Positions 15,564 through 24,135 of a stretch of 32,000 bases of DNA are shown here, piece by piece (the first letter of the stretch is position 1; each line of letters opens with the position of its first letter). A model generated the notes under the pieces. The model was not told where the DNA came from and ran no database searches. It saw only the letters and a program-made list of their open reading frames with translations. This stretch comes from Ignicoccus hospitalis KIN4/I. Lineage in GTDB: Archaea; Thermoproteota; Thermoprotei_A; Sulfolobales; Ignicoccaceae. The position numbers and the translations under genes are program-made. The DNA is taken from the NCBI RefSeq assembly GCF_000017945.1, contig NC_009776.1, positions 870,001 through 902,000 of the forward strand. The letters are read 5' to 3'.

Positions 15564-16664
15564 TCAGAGCGCGCCGTGGGCCTTGAACCACTCTTCGTAC
15601 ATCTTGAGGGTCTCCTTCTTTATGCTTGGTTTTCTCCTCCTCAAAGCCCACAGCAGGTCGTCCATGGTCACCGGCCTCGGCTCCCCGACGCCGCCGTTCT
15701 TTTCGAAGAGCTCCCTCACCACCCTCATGTAGGCGTCCCTCACCAAGGCCACTATGTCGGCCGACGAGTAGCCCTCGGTCAGCTTCGCCAAGGTGTCCAC
15801 GTCCACGTCTTCGTGCTTCACTTTAGAGAGGGTCTTGAGCAGTAACCTCTTCCTCGCCTCCTCGTTGGGAGGGGGCACGTAGATCCTCTTTTCGAACCTC
15901 CTCACGAAGGCTTCGTCCAACTTCCACGGCTTGTTGGTGGCACCGATGACGTACACTTGAAGGTTCGAGCCCTTGTCTTGCAAGCCGTCCATCTCTTTTA
16001 GGAATTGATTCCTCATCCTGGTCTCGCCGCCGACTTCGTTGGCGTAAGTGCCGAAGAGGGAGTCTACCTCGTCTATGAATATTATGACGGGCTTCCCGGA
16101 GCTCGCCACCTCCCTTGCCTTGTTAAACAAGCTCGCTACGTTCTTCTCGGCCTGGCCTAGCCACTTGCTCATTATCGTCGCCGCGTCTACGTAAATGAAC
16201 TCGGCGTCCAGCTCGTTCGCGACCGCGGCGGCCAGCAAGGTCTTGCCGCAGCCGGGCGGCCCGAACAAGAGTATGCCCCTCGGCCACCCCAGCGGGAACA
16301 AGTCCGGCCTCTTGGCCGGGAACACTATCGCTTCCTCTATAGCCCTCTTCGCGTCCTCGAGGCCCACGACGTCGTCGAAGCTCACCTTAGGCTTAGTCGT
16401 AGTTTCTATCTCTTGTACTACCTCTTCCTTTCCCACGGGCTCGCTCATGATCTCCTCTTGTAAGGCGTTTAACTTGAGCTTTATGTTCTTCAAAGATTCC
16501 AAGTACGCCTTTTTCAAGGGGTGGTCTGGGTACAAGTCTAGGAGCTTCTGTATCACTTCAGCGGCGTTCTTGTAGTTCGCCAGCGCCTCGTCCCTGCGGC
16601 CCACCGCTTCAGCCTCCTTAGCCTTCCTTATGTAGAACTGTGCCAACCTGTCCAGCCTACTCAA
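15564..16664 (-). CDS. cdvC: Cell division AAA+ ATPase CdvC (Vps4 homologue)
   Basis: N-terminal MIT-like helices (AKEAEAVGRRDEALANYKNAAEVIQKLLDLYPD), Walker A GPPGCGKTLLA, Walker B IIFIDEVD. TTG start overlaps the cdvB stop as TTGA, and AGGAGGT lies 7 nt upstream. Confidence 0.9.
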   Translation of the reverse strand: MSRLDRLAQFYIRKAKEAEAVGRRDEALANYKNAAEVIQKLLDLYPDHPLKKAYLESLKNIKLKLNALQEEIMSEPVGKEEVVQEIETTTKPKVSFDDVVGLEDAKRAIEEAIVFPAKRPDLFPLGWPRGILLFGPPGCGKTLLAAAVANELDAEFIYVDAATIMSKWLGQAEKNVASLFNKAREVASSGKPVIIFIDEVDSLFGTYANEVGGETRMRNQFLKEMDGLQDKGSNLQVYVIGATNKPWKLDEAFVRRFEKRIYVPPPNEEARKRLLLKTLSKVKHEDVDVDTLAKLTEGYSSADIVALVRDAYMRVVRELFEKNGGVGEPRPVTMDDLLWALRRRKPSIKKETLKMYEEWFKAHGAL

Positions 16665-17416
16665 CTCGACGACCTCCTAATCTTGATTTTCCCCCTCTTC
16701 TCCAACTCGCTTAAGGCCTTCCTGACCTCTTGCTCGCTCACCCCCACGTGTTGAGCGATCTTCCTCACACTGAGCTTGTTGCTGTAGCCGAACTTAACGT
16801 AAGTTTCTATGACCTTATAGACCTTTTCTACGACCTCTTCGAAGTCGTACTTGGCCACCATCCCGTCCACCAACAACACCGGAGAGGGCTCTGGCACGGC
16901 CTCCTCTGCAACCCCGGATACTCTTGGGTTCTCCTCGTTCACGTAGTTTTTGTATATGAAGTCCGTATCCACGTCGGGTAAGGCGGCCTTCCTAGAGGTG
17001 CTTAGAGTCTCTTCCATTCTATTTAAGACCAGCTCTGCTTGCGGCCTCAACGCCTCCGATAGGAGCCACAAGTTGCTCCTGAGCGCGCTTTCGATCTTCG
17101 ACATGGACGCTATCGCATCTACGTACTCTCCCTCCCTCTCCAAGCGCTTCCTTTCCGTCTCTATGATTTTCAACAGCTTCTTTAACTTCATTATTTTATT
17201 GTTGATATCTTCTATGTTCTGCTCCAGCAGCTTGGCCTTCTCGAAGTCGCCCTTCCTCCTCGCCTCTCTGTACTCCTCCGCGAGTTCCTCCCTCTCCCTC
17301 TCGAGCGAGTGGACGTATTTGGCTAGCCTCTCCCCCCACTCGAAGGCTTCGTATAGGCGCTCGAAGTACTTGTCCTTGAGCCTCCTTTCCTTCTTCTTTC
17401 TGAACGGAAATACCAT
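16661..17416 (-). CDS. cdvB: ESCRT-III-like cell division protein CdvB with C-terminal winged helix
   Basis: Snf7-like helical core, Pro-rich MIM2-like stretch AVPEPSPVLLV, and a C-terminal wH (LSVRKIAQHVGVSEQEVRKALSELEKRGKI). The start is placed at ATG 17416 (MVFPFRKKK) with GGAGGTG 9 nt upstream. The longer ORF reaching 17572 runs into cdvA. Confidence 0.8.
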   Translation of the reverse strand: MVFPFRKKKERRLKDKYFERLYEAFEWGERLAKYVHSLEREREELAEEYREARRKGDFEKAKLLEQNIEDINNKIMKLKKLLKIIETERKRLEREGEYVDAIASMSKIESALRSNLWLLSEALRPQAELVLNRMEETLSTSRKAALPDVDTDFIYKNYVNEENPRVSGVAEEAVPEPSPVLLVDGMVAKYDFEEVVEKVYKVIETYVKFGYSNKLSVRKIAQHVGVSEQEVRKALSELEKRGKIKIRRSSS

Positions 17417-17454
17417 GGTTCTCTGCACCTCCTCGGAAGGGCGGCGCCGCGGGG

Positions 17455-18132
17455 TCAGTCTTGCAAGTCTATCATTATGGGGGTCGTGGAGGTCTGCGGG
17501 GGCTCTACGGCCTTCGGCTGCTCCCTCACCTCCGCGGGCTCCCTCTCGAGCCTCTCGAGCTTCTCCAGCCACTCCTTCAAGGCCCTCTTCTCCTCGTTAA
17601 CTATTTCCTTCTGCTGTCTGATGGTAGCCGCGGCCTGCTGGTACCTCCTTTCGCTTATCTCGCCGGCTATGTAGCTCATCTGGAGGTTAACCAAGGCTTT
17701 CTCCATTTGTATCATCTGGTCCTCGAGTTCGTTTATCCTTTCCCTTATCATCCTCTTCACGTCTGCGAGCCTCTCCTTCAGCTTGCTCATCTGTTGCTCG
17801 ACCTTCTTCTTCGCCTCCGCGACCAAGTCGGGGTTGAAGTCGTCGTTGTTAGACATGGTCTCTAAGGCCTTCAGCCTCCTCATAGCTGTGTCGAGCTTCC
17901 TGTACACGCTCCTAGCTTCCGACATCCACAAGGGCATTATCACGAGCTTGCCGTCCTTCTTCCCCAGCCTCTCGGCAGGCACGGTGGTGAACTTGTTCTC
18001 CCCGAGGGCGAGCTCCACGGCCTCGACCTCGCCGTCTATGTTAGAGTAAACGCTGACTAAGGTGCCTACCACCCTCCCGAAGGGGTCTTGAACGTGAGAG
18101 CCCACGAACTGTTCCACGAAGCTTATCTCCAT
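17455..18132 (-). CDS. cdvA: Cell division protein CdvA (PRC-barrel plus coiled coil plus C-terminal tail)
   Basis: PRC-barrel-like N-terminus (VGSHVQDPFGRVVGTLVSVYSNIDGEVEAVEL), a long coiled coil, and a Pro/Thr-rich tail. It lies immediately upstream of cdvB-cdvC. The start is placed at ATG 18132 (MEISFVEQF); the ORF extension to 18318 overlaps orf112. Confidence 0.8.
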   Translation of the reverse strand: MEISFVEQFVGSHVQDPFGRVVGTLVSVYSNIDGEVEAVELALGENKFTTVPAERLGKKDGKLVIMPLWMSEARSVYRKLDTAMRRLKALETMSNNDDFNPDLVAEAKKKVEQQMSKLKERLADVKRMIRERINELEDQMIQMEKALVNLQMSYIAGEISERRYQQAAATIRQQKEIVNEEKRALKEWLEKLERLEREPAEVREQPKAVEPPQTSTTPIMIDLQD

Positions 18133-18461
18133 AACACTACCCCGTTGGGGGTATAGTTGGAGGTCTGCAGCTTTTGAAGCGGTGGGAACGCGGGCACCAG
18201 CCTCTTGCCGCACCCGTACTCGGTGCACTTTATGTAGGCCAAGGTCAAGTGGACTCCGGGACACAAGAAGCCGAAGAAGGCCCTCCCCTCCTTCAGCTCG
18301 CTCTCCACTAGCTTGCACCCGTTCCTCTCGAGCTCCGCCACCAGCTCCAGCGCGCCCGCCTCGGCCTTTTCGAGCAAGCCCTTATAGTTGGGTACCACCG
18401 CGTAGAGGAGCTTCCCCTCTACCGCTACGAAGGCCTTAGTATAGTAGTCGTCCAGACCCAA
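18123..18461 (-). CDS. Hypothetical 112-aa protein with four Cys and one His, overlapping the cdvA start by 10 nt
   Basis: TTG start with GGGAG 5 nt upstream. The opposite-strand ORF is R/P/S-rich junk. The stop overlaps the cdvA ATG by 10 nt. Possible metal site C49, C67-x3-H71, C79-x4-C84. No family recognised. Confidence 0.55.
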   Translation of the reverse strand: MGLDDYYTKAFVAVEGKLLYAVVPNYKGLLEKAEAGALELVAELERNGCKLVESELKEGRAFFGFLCPGVHLTLAYIKCTEYGCGKRLVPAFPPLQKLQTSNYTPNGVVLWR

Positions 18462-18493
18462 ACTTTCTCCCTATCTGGACGGACCCTCTTAGT

Positions 18494-19426
18494 CTAAAAG
18501 GGAAACGCATACGAGTCCAAACCCAGTACAGCGGCTCTGAACTCCCCGGGGGCGAGCACTACCTTCTCCCGCACGTCGCCGAAGTCGTCCAAGGCCAGCC
18601 GGGGACAAGAGAGTGTGACCACCACTTCCTCCGGCAAGTTCAGTACGAACTCCCTCGTAAGGATTAGGGACTTATACACCCTTACCCTCATTCCCGCCTT
18701 CTCCGCCATCTCTTTCAGCGCCCTTACGAGCCCGGGCCTCGCTTGGCCCTCGTGGCCGTCCACTAGCGCGACAGTTTTGGTGTTCGAAGCCTCCTTCACC
18801 AGCCACATTCTCCTCGCCAAGGCCTTAGTCGGGTCCAACCTCTCGACCCGCGACGAGTAGGGGTCGAAGGCCAGCACGTCGCGCTTCAAGTACAGCGCCG
18901 CGCCCAAGGCGTGGAACCTCCCGCCGGCGACTATTAGGTAATCGTCGTACCCCCTCCTCAAGTTCCTGTAGTCGCAGCCGAGCACTTGCCCCTCCTTAAG
19001 TCCCTTGGACGTGAAGGTGAGGGGCTCGAACCCCCACCCCCTTAGGCGCTCCTTTAGCTCGTCCAACAAGTTCAAGTGTTGGACGACGGCTCCCAATACC
19101 ACTCTCTTACCCTTCAGTTTGTCTTTGACGACTTCTACGTCGGTCTCGACTTCGACAGGCACCTCCAAGTACAAGGTGGGCTTCTTTGGGGTCCACCAAG
19201 GGTAGGGGTTGTGGCCTAAGTGTATTATAGCGTCGCCCTCGAGGAACTCGTACGCGAGGCAGCCGCCGAAGACGGGCATTGCAGATATCTCGCACTCGAC
19301 GCTCACCAGCTCACAAACTCTCTTCGCGGGCTTGAAGAGGCCGGGAGGGGCCTCGACTAGGACCTTGGAGGGCTTGACCTCCTTTATAAAAGCCTTTACC
19401 TTTTCCTCATCTAGGACGTACCTCAA
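18494..19426 (-). CDS. dph2: Diphthamide synthesis radical-SAM enzyme Dph2 (2-(3-amino-3-carboxypropyl)histidine synthase)
   Basis: N-terminal pattern KVLVEAPPGL and DAIIHLGHNPY. Three conserved-looking Cys (FGGC, LGCDY, LSCPR) are spaced as in the archaeal Dph2 4Fe-4S ligands. TTG start 6 nt after the rpl10e stop. Confidence 0.8.
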   Translation of the reverse strand: MRYVLDEEKVKAFIKEVKPSKVLVEAPPGLFKPAKRVCELVSVECEISAMPVFGGCLAYEFLEGDAIIHLGHNPYPWWTPKKPTLYLEVPVEVETDVEVVKDKLKGKRVVLGAVVQHLNLLDELKERLRGWGFEPLTFTSKGLKEGQVLGCDYRNLRRGYDDYLIVAGGRFHALGAALYLKRDVLAFDPYSSRVERLDPTKALARRMWLVKEASNTKTVALVDGHEGQARPGLVRALKEMAEKAGMRVRVYKSLILTREFVLNLPEEVVVTLSCPRLALDDFGDVREKVVLAPGEFRAAVLGLDSYAFPF

Positions 19427-19432
19427 GGGAGC

Positions 19433-19954
19433 TCACTTCTTGAGTTCTACCACTTCTATCCTACAAGGCATCGGCATCTTGGAAGCGGCTATCTTCAAGG
19501 CTTCCTTAACCTTATCGACGTACTGCTTCTTGGTCCTCACGACGAGGATGTCCATCCCCGGGTAGATTCTCGCAGCCAGTCCGGCGGGCTTGCCGAAGGC
19601 GTGCCTCATACCCTCTTGCAGCCTGTCGGCGCCGGCGAAGGCCATGAACTTGTGCTCCCTGAGCACGTGGTGGGGATACCTCTTTATTATGAACACGTAG
19701 TTGCTCTCCCCTATGTCGCTGGACAAGTTCTTGTGTACCATTACCCTCGCGGCTTCCAAGGCGTTGTGCCTCACTTGGGCTCTCTCCAAGGCGACCAGCC
19801 TCACTTCCACGTCCGCGTCTACGTGGGGGTTGCCCATTACCCACTTGACTACCTTTGGTTGGGGGATTCCGTGTATGTATTCGTGCCTAGTGTAGGGAGG
19901 GCCGCTAAACCCCTTCGCGTGCCTCTTGGTGAAACAGCGCGCGGGCTTGGCCAC
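19433..19954 (-). CDS. rpl10e: 50S ribosomal protein L10e (uL16)
   Basis: AKPARCFTKRHAKGFSGPPYTRHEYIHGIPQPKV is the typical L10e N-terminus. GTG start. Confidence 0.95.
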   Translation of the reverse strand: MAKPARCFTKRHAKGFSGPPYTRHEYIHGIPQPKVVKWVMGNPHVDADVEVRLVALERAQVRHNALEAARVMVHKNLSSDIGESNYVFIIKRYPHHVLREHKFMAFAGADRLQEGMRHAFGKPAGLAARIYPGMDILVVRTKKQYVDKVKEALKIAASKMPMPCRIEVVELKK

Positions 19955-19985
19955 CGCTCGGACCCTCGGGCCCTTAGCCGACGGG

Positions 19986-19994
19986 AATAAAAAT
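19986..19994 (-). promoter_or_regulatory. TATA-like box (minus strand ATTTTTATT) upstream of rpl10e
   Basis: About 36 nt upstream of the GTG at 19954, in the divergent spacer shared with taw3. Confidence 0.4.
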
Positions 19995-20013
19995 CTGCTC
20001 CAGCGTCCAAACC

Positions 20014-20020
20014 TTTAAAG
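20014..20020 (+). promoter_or_regulatory. TATA-like box TTTAAAG upstream of taw3
   Basis: About 35 nt upstream of ATG 20052. Confidence 0.4.
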
Positions 20021-20051
20021 AGCTTCACAACACACCATAAGGGTCCAAGGA

Positions 20052-20648
20052 ATGCGCTGGGACCTCATGAAGGCGAGGGCGCTGGAGCGCCTTAGGAGCG
20101 AGGCGGCGCTGGGGATGGTCGACGGTGAGCTGTTGGAGTTGTTAAACTTGATCAACTCCCATCAAGGGCTCTTCACCACCAGCAGCTGCTCCGGCAGGAT
20201 AACCGTGGCTTGTAGCGACATCTCCCCGGACGACAAGAGGTCCACGCGTATAATCTATAAAACTCACCGCACTACCTCCGTACCAGCAATAGAGAACGCC
20301 CTTCGAGAGGCTAAATGCAAGCACTTGTGGGCGAAGTCCTCACATCCCCTCCTAGACTTGTTCGCGAAGGAGTTAGACTTGGCTTGGGACATAGTTGACT
20401 TGGCCAAGAAGGCTGGGTTCAAGTACTCCGGGGTGCAGAGGTCCGGTTCGTATTACCGCGTGATCATAAGGAGTAACGAAAACATACAGTTCCCGCTGAA
20501 CGGGGACGACGACTCCAAAAAGCTTGCGAAGGTGGTTTCTGAGCTCAATAAGTTCTTATTGGAAGGCAAGGTTAGGCTCGCGAGGCTGCTCAGCCTCTTA
20601 GACGAGGACGGCCTCTTGGACGACTATTTGGAGAACTTCTTGATCTGA
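20052..20648 (+). CDS. taw3: tRNA wyosine-derivative methyltransferase Taw3 (TYW3 family)
   Basis: The FTTSSCSGRITV motif is characteristic of TYW3/Taw3. Length is about 198 aa. Confidence 0.8.
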   Translation: MRWDLMKARALERLRSEAALGMVDGELLELLNLINSHQGLFTTSSCSGRITVACSDISPDDKRSTRIIYKTHRTTSVPAIENALREAKCKHLWAKSSHPLLDLFAKELDLAWDIVDLAKKAGFKYSGVQRSGSYYRVIIRSNENIQFPLNGDDDSKKLAKVVSELNKFLLEGKVRLARLLSLLDEDGLLDDYLENFLI

Positions 20649-20768
20649 GGGGTCGGGCGGTTCGCTACCGCTCACCGCTCGCTCTGGGACGGCGTCCTCA
20701 CACCCCGCGCCTCCTGGGAGGAGAAAGCTGAAGAGTTAGGAGTGTCTCCCTCTAACGGAGGTCAGCCC

Positions 20769-21827
20769 TTGAGCGTTAAGGTCGCAGTCAACGGCTTCGG
20801 TACTATAGGCAAGAGGGTAGCTGAGGCCGTACTAAAACAAGACGACATGACCCTCGTGGGGGTCACGAAGACCAAGCCGGATTACTTGGCAATGATAGCC
20901 TCCCGCATGGGCTCGCTCTATGTGCCCGAAGACAGGGTAGAGAAGTTCCAGAAGGCTGGAATAGAGGTACAAGGAACCTTGAAGGACTTGCTCGAGAAGG
21001 TCGACCTCGTCGTCGACGCCACCCCAGGGGGCGTGGGTAAGGAGTACAAGCCCCTCTACGAGAAGTTCGGAGTGAAAGCCATATTCCAAGGCGGTGAGAA
21101 ACACGAGGTCGCGGGCTTCTCGTTCTCGACGCTGTGCAACTACGAGGAGGCGGAGGGGAAGCAGTTCGCCAGGGTGGTGTCTTGTAACACCACCGGCCTG
21201 TTGAGGCTCATATGCGCGTTAAGAAACCACTTCAAAGTGAAGAGCGTCAGGGCGACCATAATTAGGAGGGGGGCCGATCCGGCGGAGACTAAGAAGGGAC
21301 CCATAAACGCCATAGTCCCCAACCCGGTTACCTTGCCCAGCCACCACGGCGTGGACGTCAGAACGGTCTTGCCGGACTTGGACGTCCAGACGGTCGCCGC
21401 GGTGGTGCCGACTACGATAATGCACTCGCACGTACTGAACGTGAGGTTCGAGGAGCCCGTGACCAGAGAGGACGTCTTGAAGGTTCTTGAAGAAGCTCCC
21501 AGGATACTGGTAATCCCCTCCGAACTGAGCGGGGTGAAGGACACCGCTAAGATAATCGAACTCGCCAGGGACGTCGGGAGGAAGAGGTACGACTTATACG
21601 AGCTGGCGATATACGAGGAGAGCGTGAGCGTGGAGGGCGACGAGCTGTTCCTCATGCAAGCCGTCCACCAAGAAAGCATAGTCACCCCGGAGAACGTAGA
21701 TGCAATTAGGGCCCTCACGGGCTTGGTCAGCAAGGAAGAGAGCCTGAAGAAGACCGACTCCACCTTAGGTATAGTCAGATCCTTCTCGGAGCTGATAGAA
21801 CGTGCGGCTTCCAACTACGGTAAGTAA
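20769..21827 (+). CDS. gap: Glyceraldehyde-3-phosphate dehydrogenase, archaeal type II
   Basis: VKVAVNGFGTIGKRVAEAV and the catalytic VSCNTTGL. The start is moved to TTG 20769 (MSVKVAVNG) because GGAGGT lies 6 nt upstream. The maximal ORF starts at GTG 20742. Confidence 0.9.
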   Translation: MSVKVAVNGFGTIGKRVAEAVLKQDDMTLVGVTKTKPDYLAMIASRMGSLYVPEDRVEKFQKAGIEVQGTLKDLLEKVDLVVDATPGGVGKEYKPLYEKFGVKAIFQGGEKHEVAGFSFSTLCNYEEAEGKQFARVVSCNTTGLLRLICALRNHFKVKSVRATIIRRGADPAETKKGPINAIVPNPVTLPSHHGVDVRTVLPDLDVQTVAAVVPTTIMHSHVLNVRFEEPVTREDVLKVLEEAPRILVIPSELSGVKDTAKIIELARDVGRKRYDLYELAIYEESVSVEGDELFLMQAVHQESIVTPENVDAIRALTGLVSKEESLKKTDSTLGIVRSFSELIERAASNYGK

Positions 21828-21864
21828 TTTTTACCCGAGTTAGGCATTCCTAACGGGGTCTCGG

Positions 21865-23880
21865 ATGTGCTACTCCATAGCCGTGGTGGGCCAGCCTAAC
21901 GTCGGTAAGTCTACTTTCATAAACGTCTTGATAGGTAAGTACGTAAGCGAGGTGGCGAACTGGCCCGGAGTTACGGTCGATATCAAAATAATAAAGATAG
22001 AGTACGACGGGAAGGAAGTCTGCATATACGACTTCCCCGGGATGTACTCCCTCAACCCCACCAGCGAGGAGGAGAGGATCGCAGCTGAGCGGTTCGTCAC
22101 GGAGGACTTCGACAATCACATAGCCATAGCTGACTCCACGTCTTTGAAGAGGACCTTGTACTTGGTGGTCCAATCCCTCGAACTCAAGGGGAAGGGAGTA
22201 GTGGCCCTCAGCAAGACCGACGCTGCCCTAAAGGCGGGGATTCACATAAACGTCGGGTTACTCGAAAAGAAGCTCGGCTTCCCCGTGATCCCCTTCAGTT
22301 CTTACACTCTAGAAGGGGTGGAGGAGGTCCTCGAAAAGGCCTTAGAAAGACAAAAGGAGAGGGAGCTTTACATAAACTACGGAGATTTAGAGTACTACGT
22401 AGTTAGGATATCAGAGTTACTGAGAGGTAAGGTGAAGGGCAACCCTAGGTGGTACGCGGCCGAGGCCTTGGCGGACAACCCCGTCGCTTGGAAGGTGATA
22501 GAAAGTGTGGGCTTGGGCGAGGAGGTTAGGAAGCTCGTAGAAGGAGCTAAGAAGGAGTTAGGAACGGACTTAGGCAAGATAATAGTTGAACAGAGGTGGA
22601 AGTTCATCGAGGAACTCGTGGAGGGTGTCATACAAGTGGAGAAGGTAGTAAAGGAGGCTTGGTGGGCCAAGGCCTTGGACGCGGCCCTCCTAAACCCCAT
22701 CCTAGGCCCGCTGGCGGCCTTCCTAATACTGTTCGCAGTACTCTTCGTCTCGTTCTCACTAAACACCGGGTTCCCCGCGAACGTGGTCTTCAGCTCCTTG
22801 GGCCTCGACTCCTTGGCCGAGGCCGCGGAGAGCTACAACACGTCCGAGATCTTGGGATCATTCTTCGACAGCTTGGCCGAGGCCGCTAGGAACGCCTTGC
22901 CGGACCCGTGGGGGAGCTTGGTGGGCGACGGCATCATAGCCGGAGTCGGGGCCGTGTTATCGTTCTTCCCACTTATATTTACAGTCTACTTCTTGTTAGC
23001 GGTCTTAGAGGACTCCGGGGTAGCTCCGAGGATAGCGGTGGCCCTCGACCCCCTCTTCCGTGTGGTGGGCTTAACGGGGAAGGCGATATTCCCGATGATA
23101 ATAAGCATGGGCTGTAACGTGCCCGGAGTACTGTCGTCAAGGGTGATGGAATCTGCGGCCTTGAGGAAAGCGGTGGCAATGAACGTGATGTACGTGCCGT
23201 GCCAAGCCCGGCTAGTGGTGTTCCTAGCGCTAGCTTCGTTGCTGCCCCCGTGGTCCAGGGCGCTCTCGGTGCTAGCGGTCTACGCGTACTCGCTCCTAGT
23301 GTTCATAGTTACGACCTACATATCTGCCAAACTAATATTCAAAGTCAAGGAAAAGGCCGAGCTCGTCATGGAGCTCCCCCCGTATCACGTGCCGAAGTTG
23401 AGGATACTGCTGTGGATGACTTGGGACCAAGCTAAGCACTTCTTGAAGAAGGCCGGTACGATAATATTCGTGTTCAGCGTCATTCTGTGGTTCGTCTTAG
23501 AGAGCTCGGTCTCCCAAGCGATAGGCAAGGCCTTCGAGCCCTTGAGCGAGTGGGCTCTGGGTCTTAAGGGAGAAGCGGCCGAAGTGATAAACGTGGCTAT
23601 GTTAGCTGGCACGGTTGCAAAGGAGGTAGTGCTCGACGTCATAGCCATAAGCAGCGGGACGAGCAACATAAAGGAGGCGGCGGCCGCGCTGGGCATAACC
23701 CCGGTCCAAGCCCTAGCGCTGATGTTCGCCGTGGCGGTGTACGTGCCTTGCATAGCCACTATAGCGGTCATGAAGGAAGAGCTGGAGAGCTGGAGGCTAG
23801 TCGCGCTCTCTGTCGGAGTCTCGATAATAATTTCAATCCTAACTGCCAAGATCATAACGGTGATATTTGGGTTATTTTAG
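21865..23880 (+). CDS. feoB: Ferrous iron transporter FeoB (N-terminal G domain plus polytopic membrane domain)
   Basis: G1 is VGQPNVGKST, G2 is PGVTV, G3 is DFPG. About 8-10 hydrophobic helices follow. No feoA-like ORF lies upstream. Confidence 0.9.
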   Translation: MCYSIAVVGQPNVGKSTFINVLIGKYVSEVANWPGVTVDIKIIKIEYDGKEVCIYDFPGMYSLNPTSEEERIAAERFVTEDFDNHIAIADSTSLKRTLYLVVQSLELKGKGVVALSKTDAALKAGIHINVGLLEKKLGFPVIPFSSYTLEGVEEVLEKALERQKERELYINYGDLEYYVVRISELLRGKVKGNPRWYAAEALADNPVAWKVIESVGLGEEVRKLVEGAKKELGTDLGKIIVEQRWKFIEELVEGVIQVEKVVKEAWWAKALDAALLNPILGPLAAFLILFAVLFVSFSLNTGFPANVVFSSLGLDSLAEAAESYNTSEILGSFFDSLAEAARNALPDPWGSLVGDGIIAGVGAVLSFFPLIFTVYFLLAVLEDSGVAPRIAVALDPLFRVVGLTGKAIFPMIISMGCNVPGVLSSRVMESAALRKAVAMNVMYVPCQARLVVFLALASLLPPWSRALSVLAVYAYSLLVFIVTTYISAKLIFKVKEKAELVMELPPYHVPKLRILLWMTWDQAKHFLKKAGTIIFVFSVILWFVLESSVSQAIGKAFEPLSEWALGLKGEAAEVINVAMLAGTVAKEVVLDVIAISSGTSNIKEAAAALGITPVQALALMFAVAVYVPCIATIAVMKEELESWRLVALSVGVSIIISILTAKIITVIFGLF

Positions 23881-23943
23881 GAAGCTACTGGCACCTCCCT
23901 AGCATAGGTTCCGAAGGGGCCTATTGGATAGCGGGGAGCGCTC

Positions 23944-24135
23944 GTGAGCCTGAGCGACGAGAAGGCGATTTTCGAGATAATGAGCTCCTTCCTAGAAAGG
24001 GTCGAAGGGTGGAAGGACACCATTATGACCGCCGCCCGCGTGTTTGAGGTGCCCGACCACGAGGTGATGATCGTAATAAAGAGGCTGGAGAGGTTGGAGG
24101 AAGAGCTCTTGCACTATCAGATCTTCGGGTTCTGA
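23944..24135 (+). CDS. Hypothetical 63-aa protein, possible HTH (FeoC-like position)
   Basis: GTG start with GGGGAG 5 nt upstream, 63 nt after feoB. AARVFEVPDHEVMIVIKRLERLEE looks like a helix-turn-helix. Weak call. Confidence 0.35.
   Translation: MSLSDEKAIFEIMSSFLERVEGWKDTIMTAARVFEVPDHEVMIVIKRLERLEEELLHYQIFGF

Noticed and set aside
17417-17572. N-terminal extensions of the maximal ORFs for cdvB (to 17572), cdvA (to 18318), radA (to 27196), HAD (to 9139), gap (from 20742), wHTH (from 8844) and MFS (from 28345).
   Set aside because: The extensions are compositionally odd (R/G/A/P-rich) and overlap the neighbouring gene. They precede internal starts that have proper SD or TATA spacing and that match the conserved family N-termini.
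20649-20741. GC-rich 93-nt spacer between taw3 and gap containing the 11-nt palindrome GGACGGCGTCC (20687-20697).
   Set aside because: There is no TATA element and no convincing extended structure. The spacer is most simply read as an intercistronic region of a taw3-gap transcript, and the palindrome is short enough to be chance.
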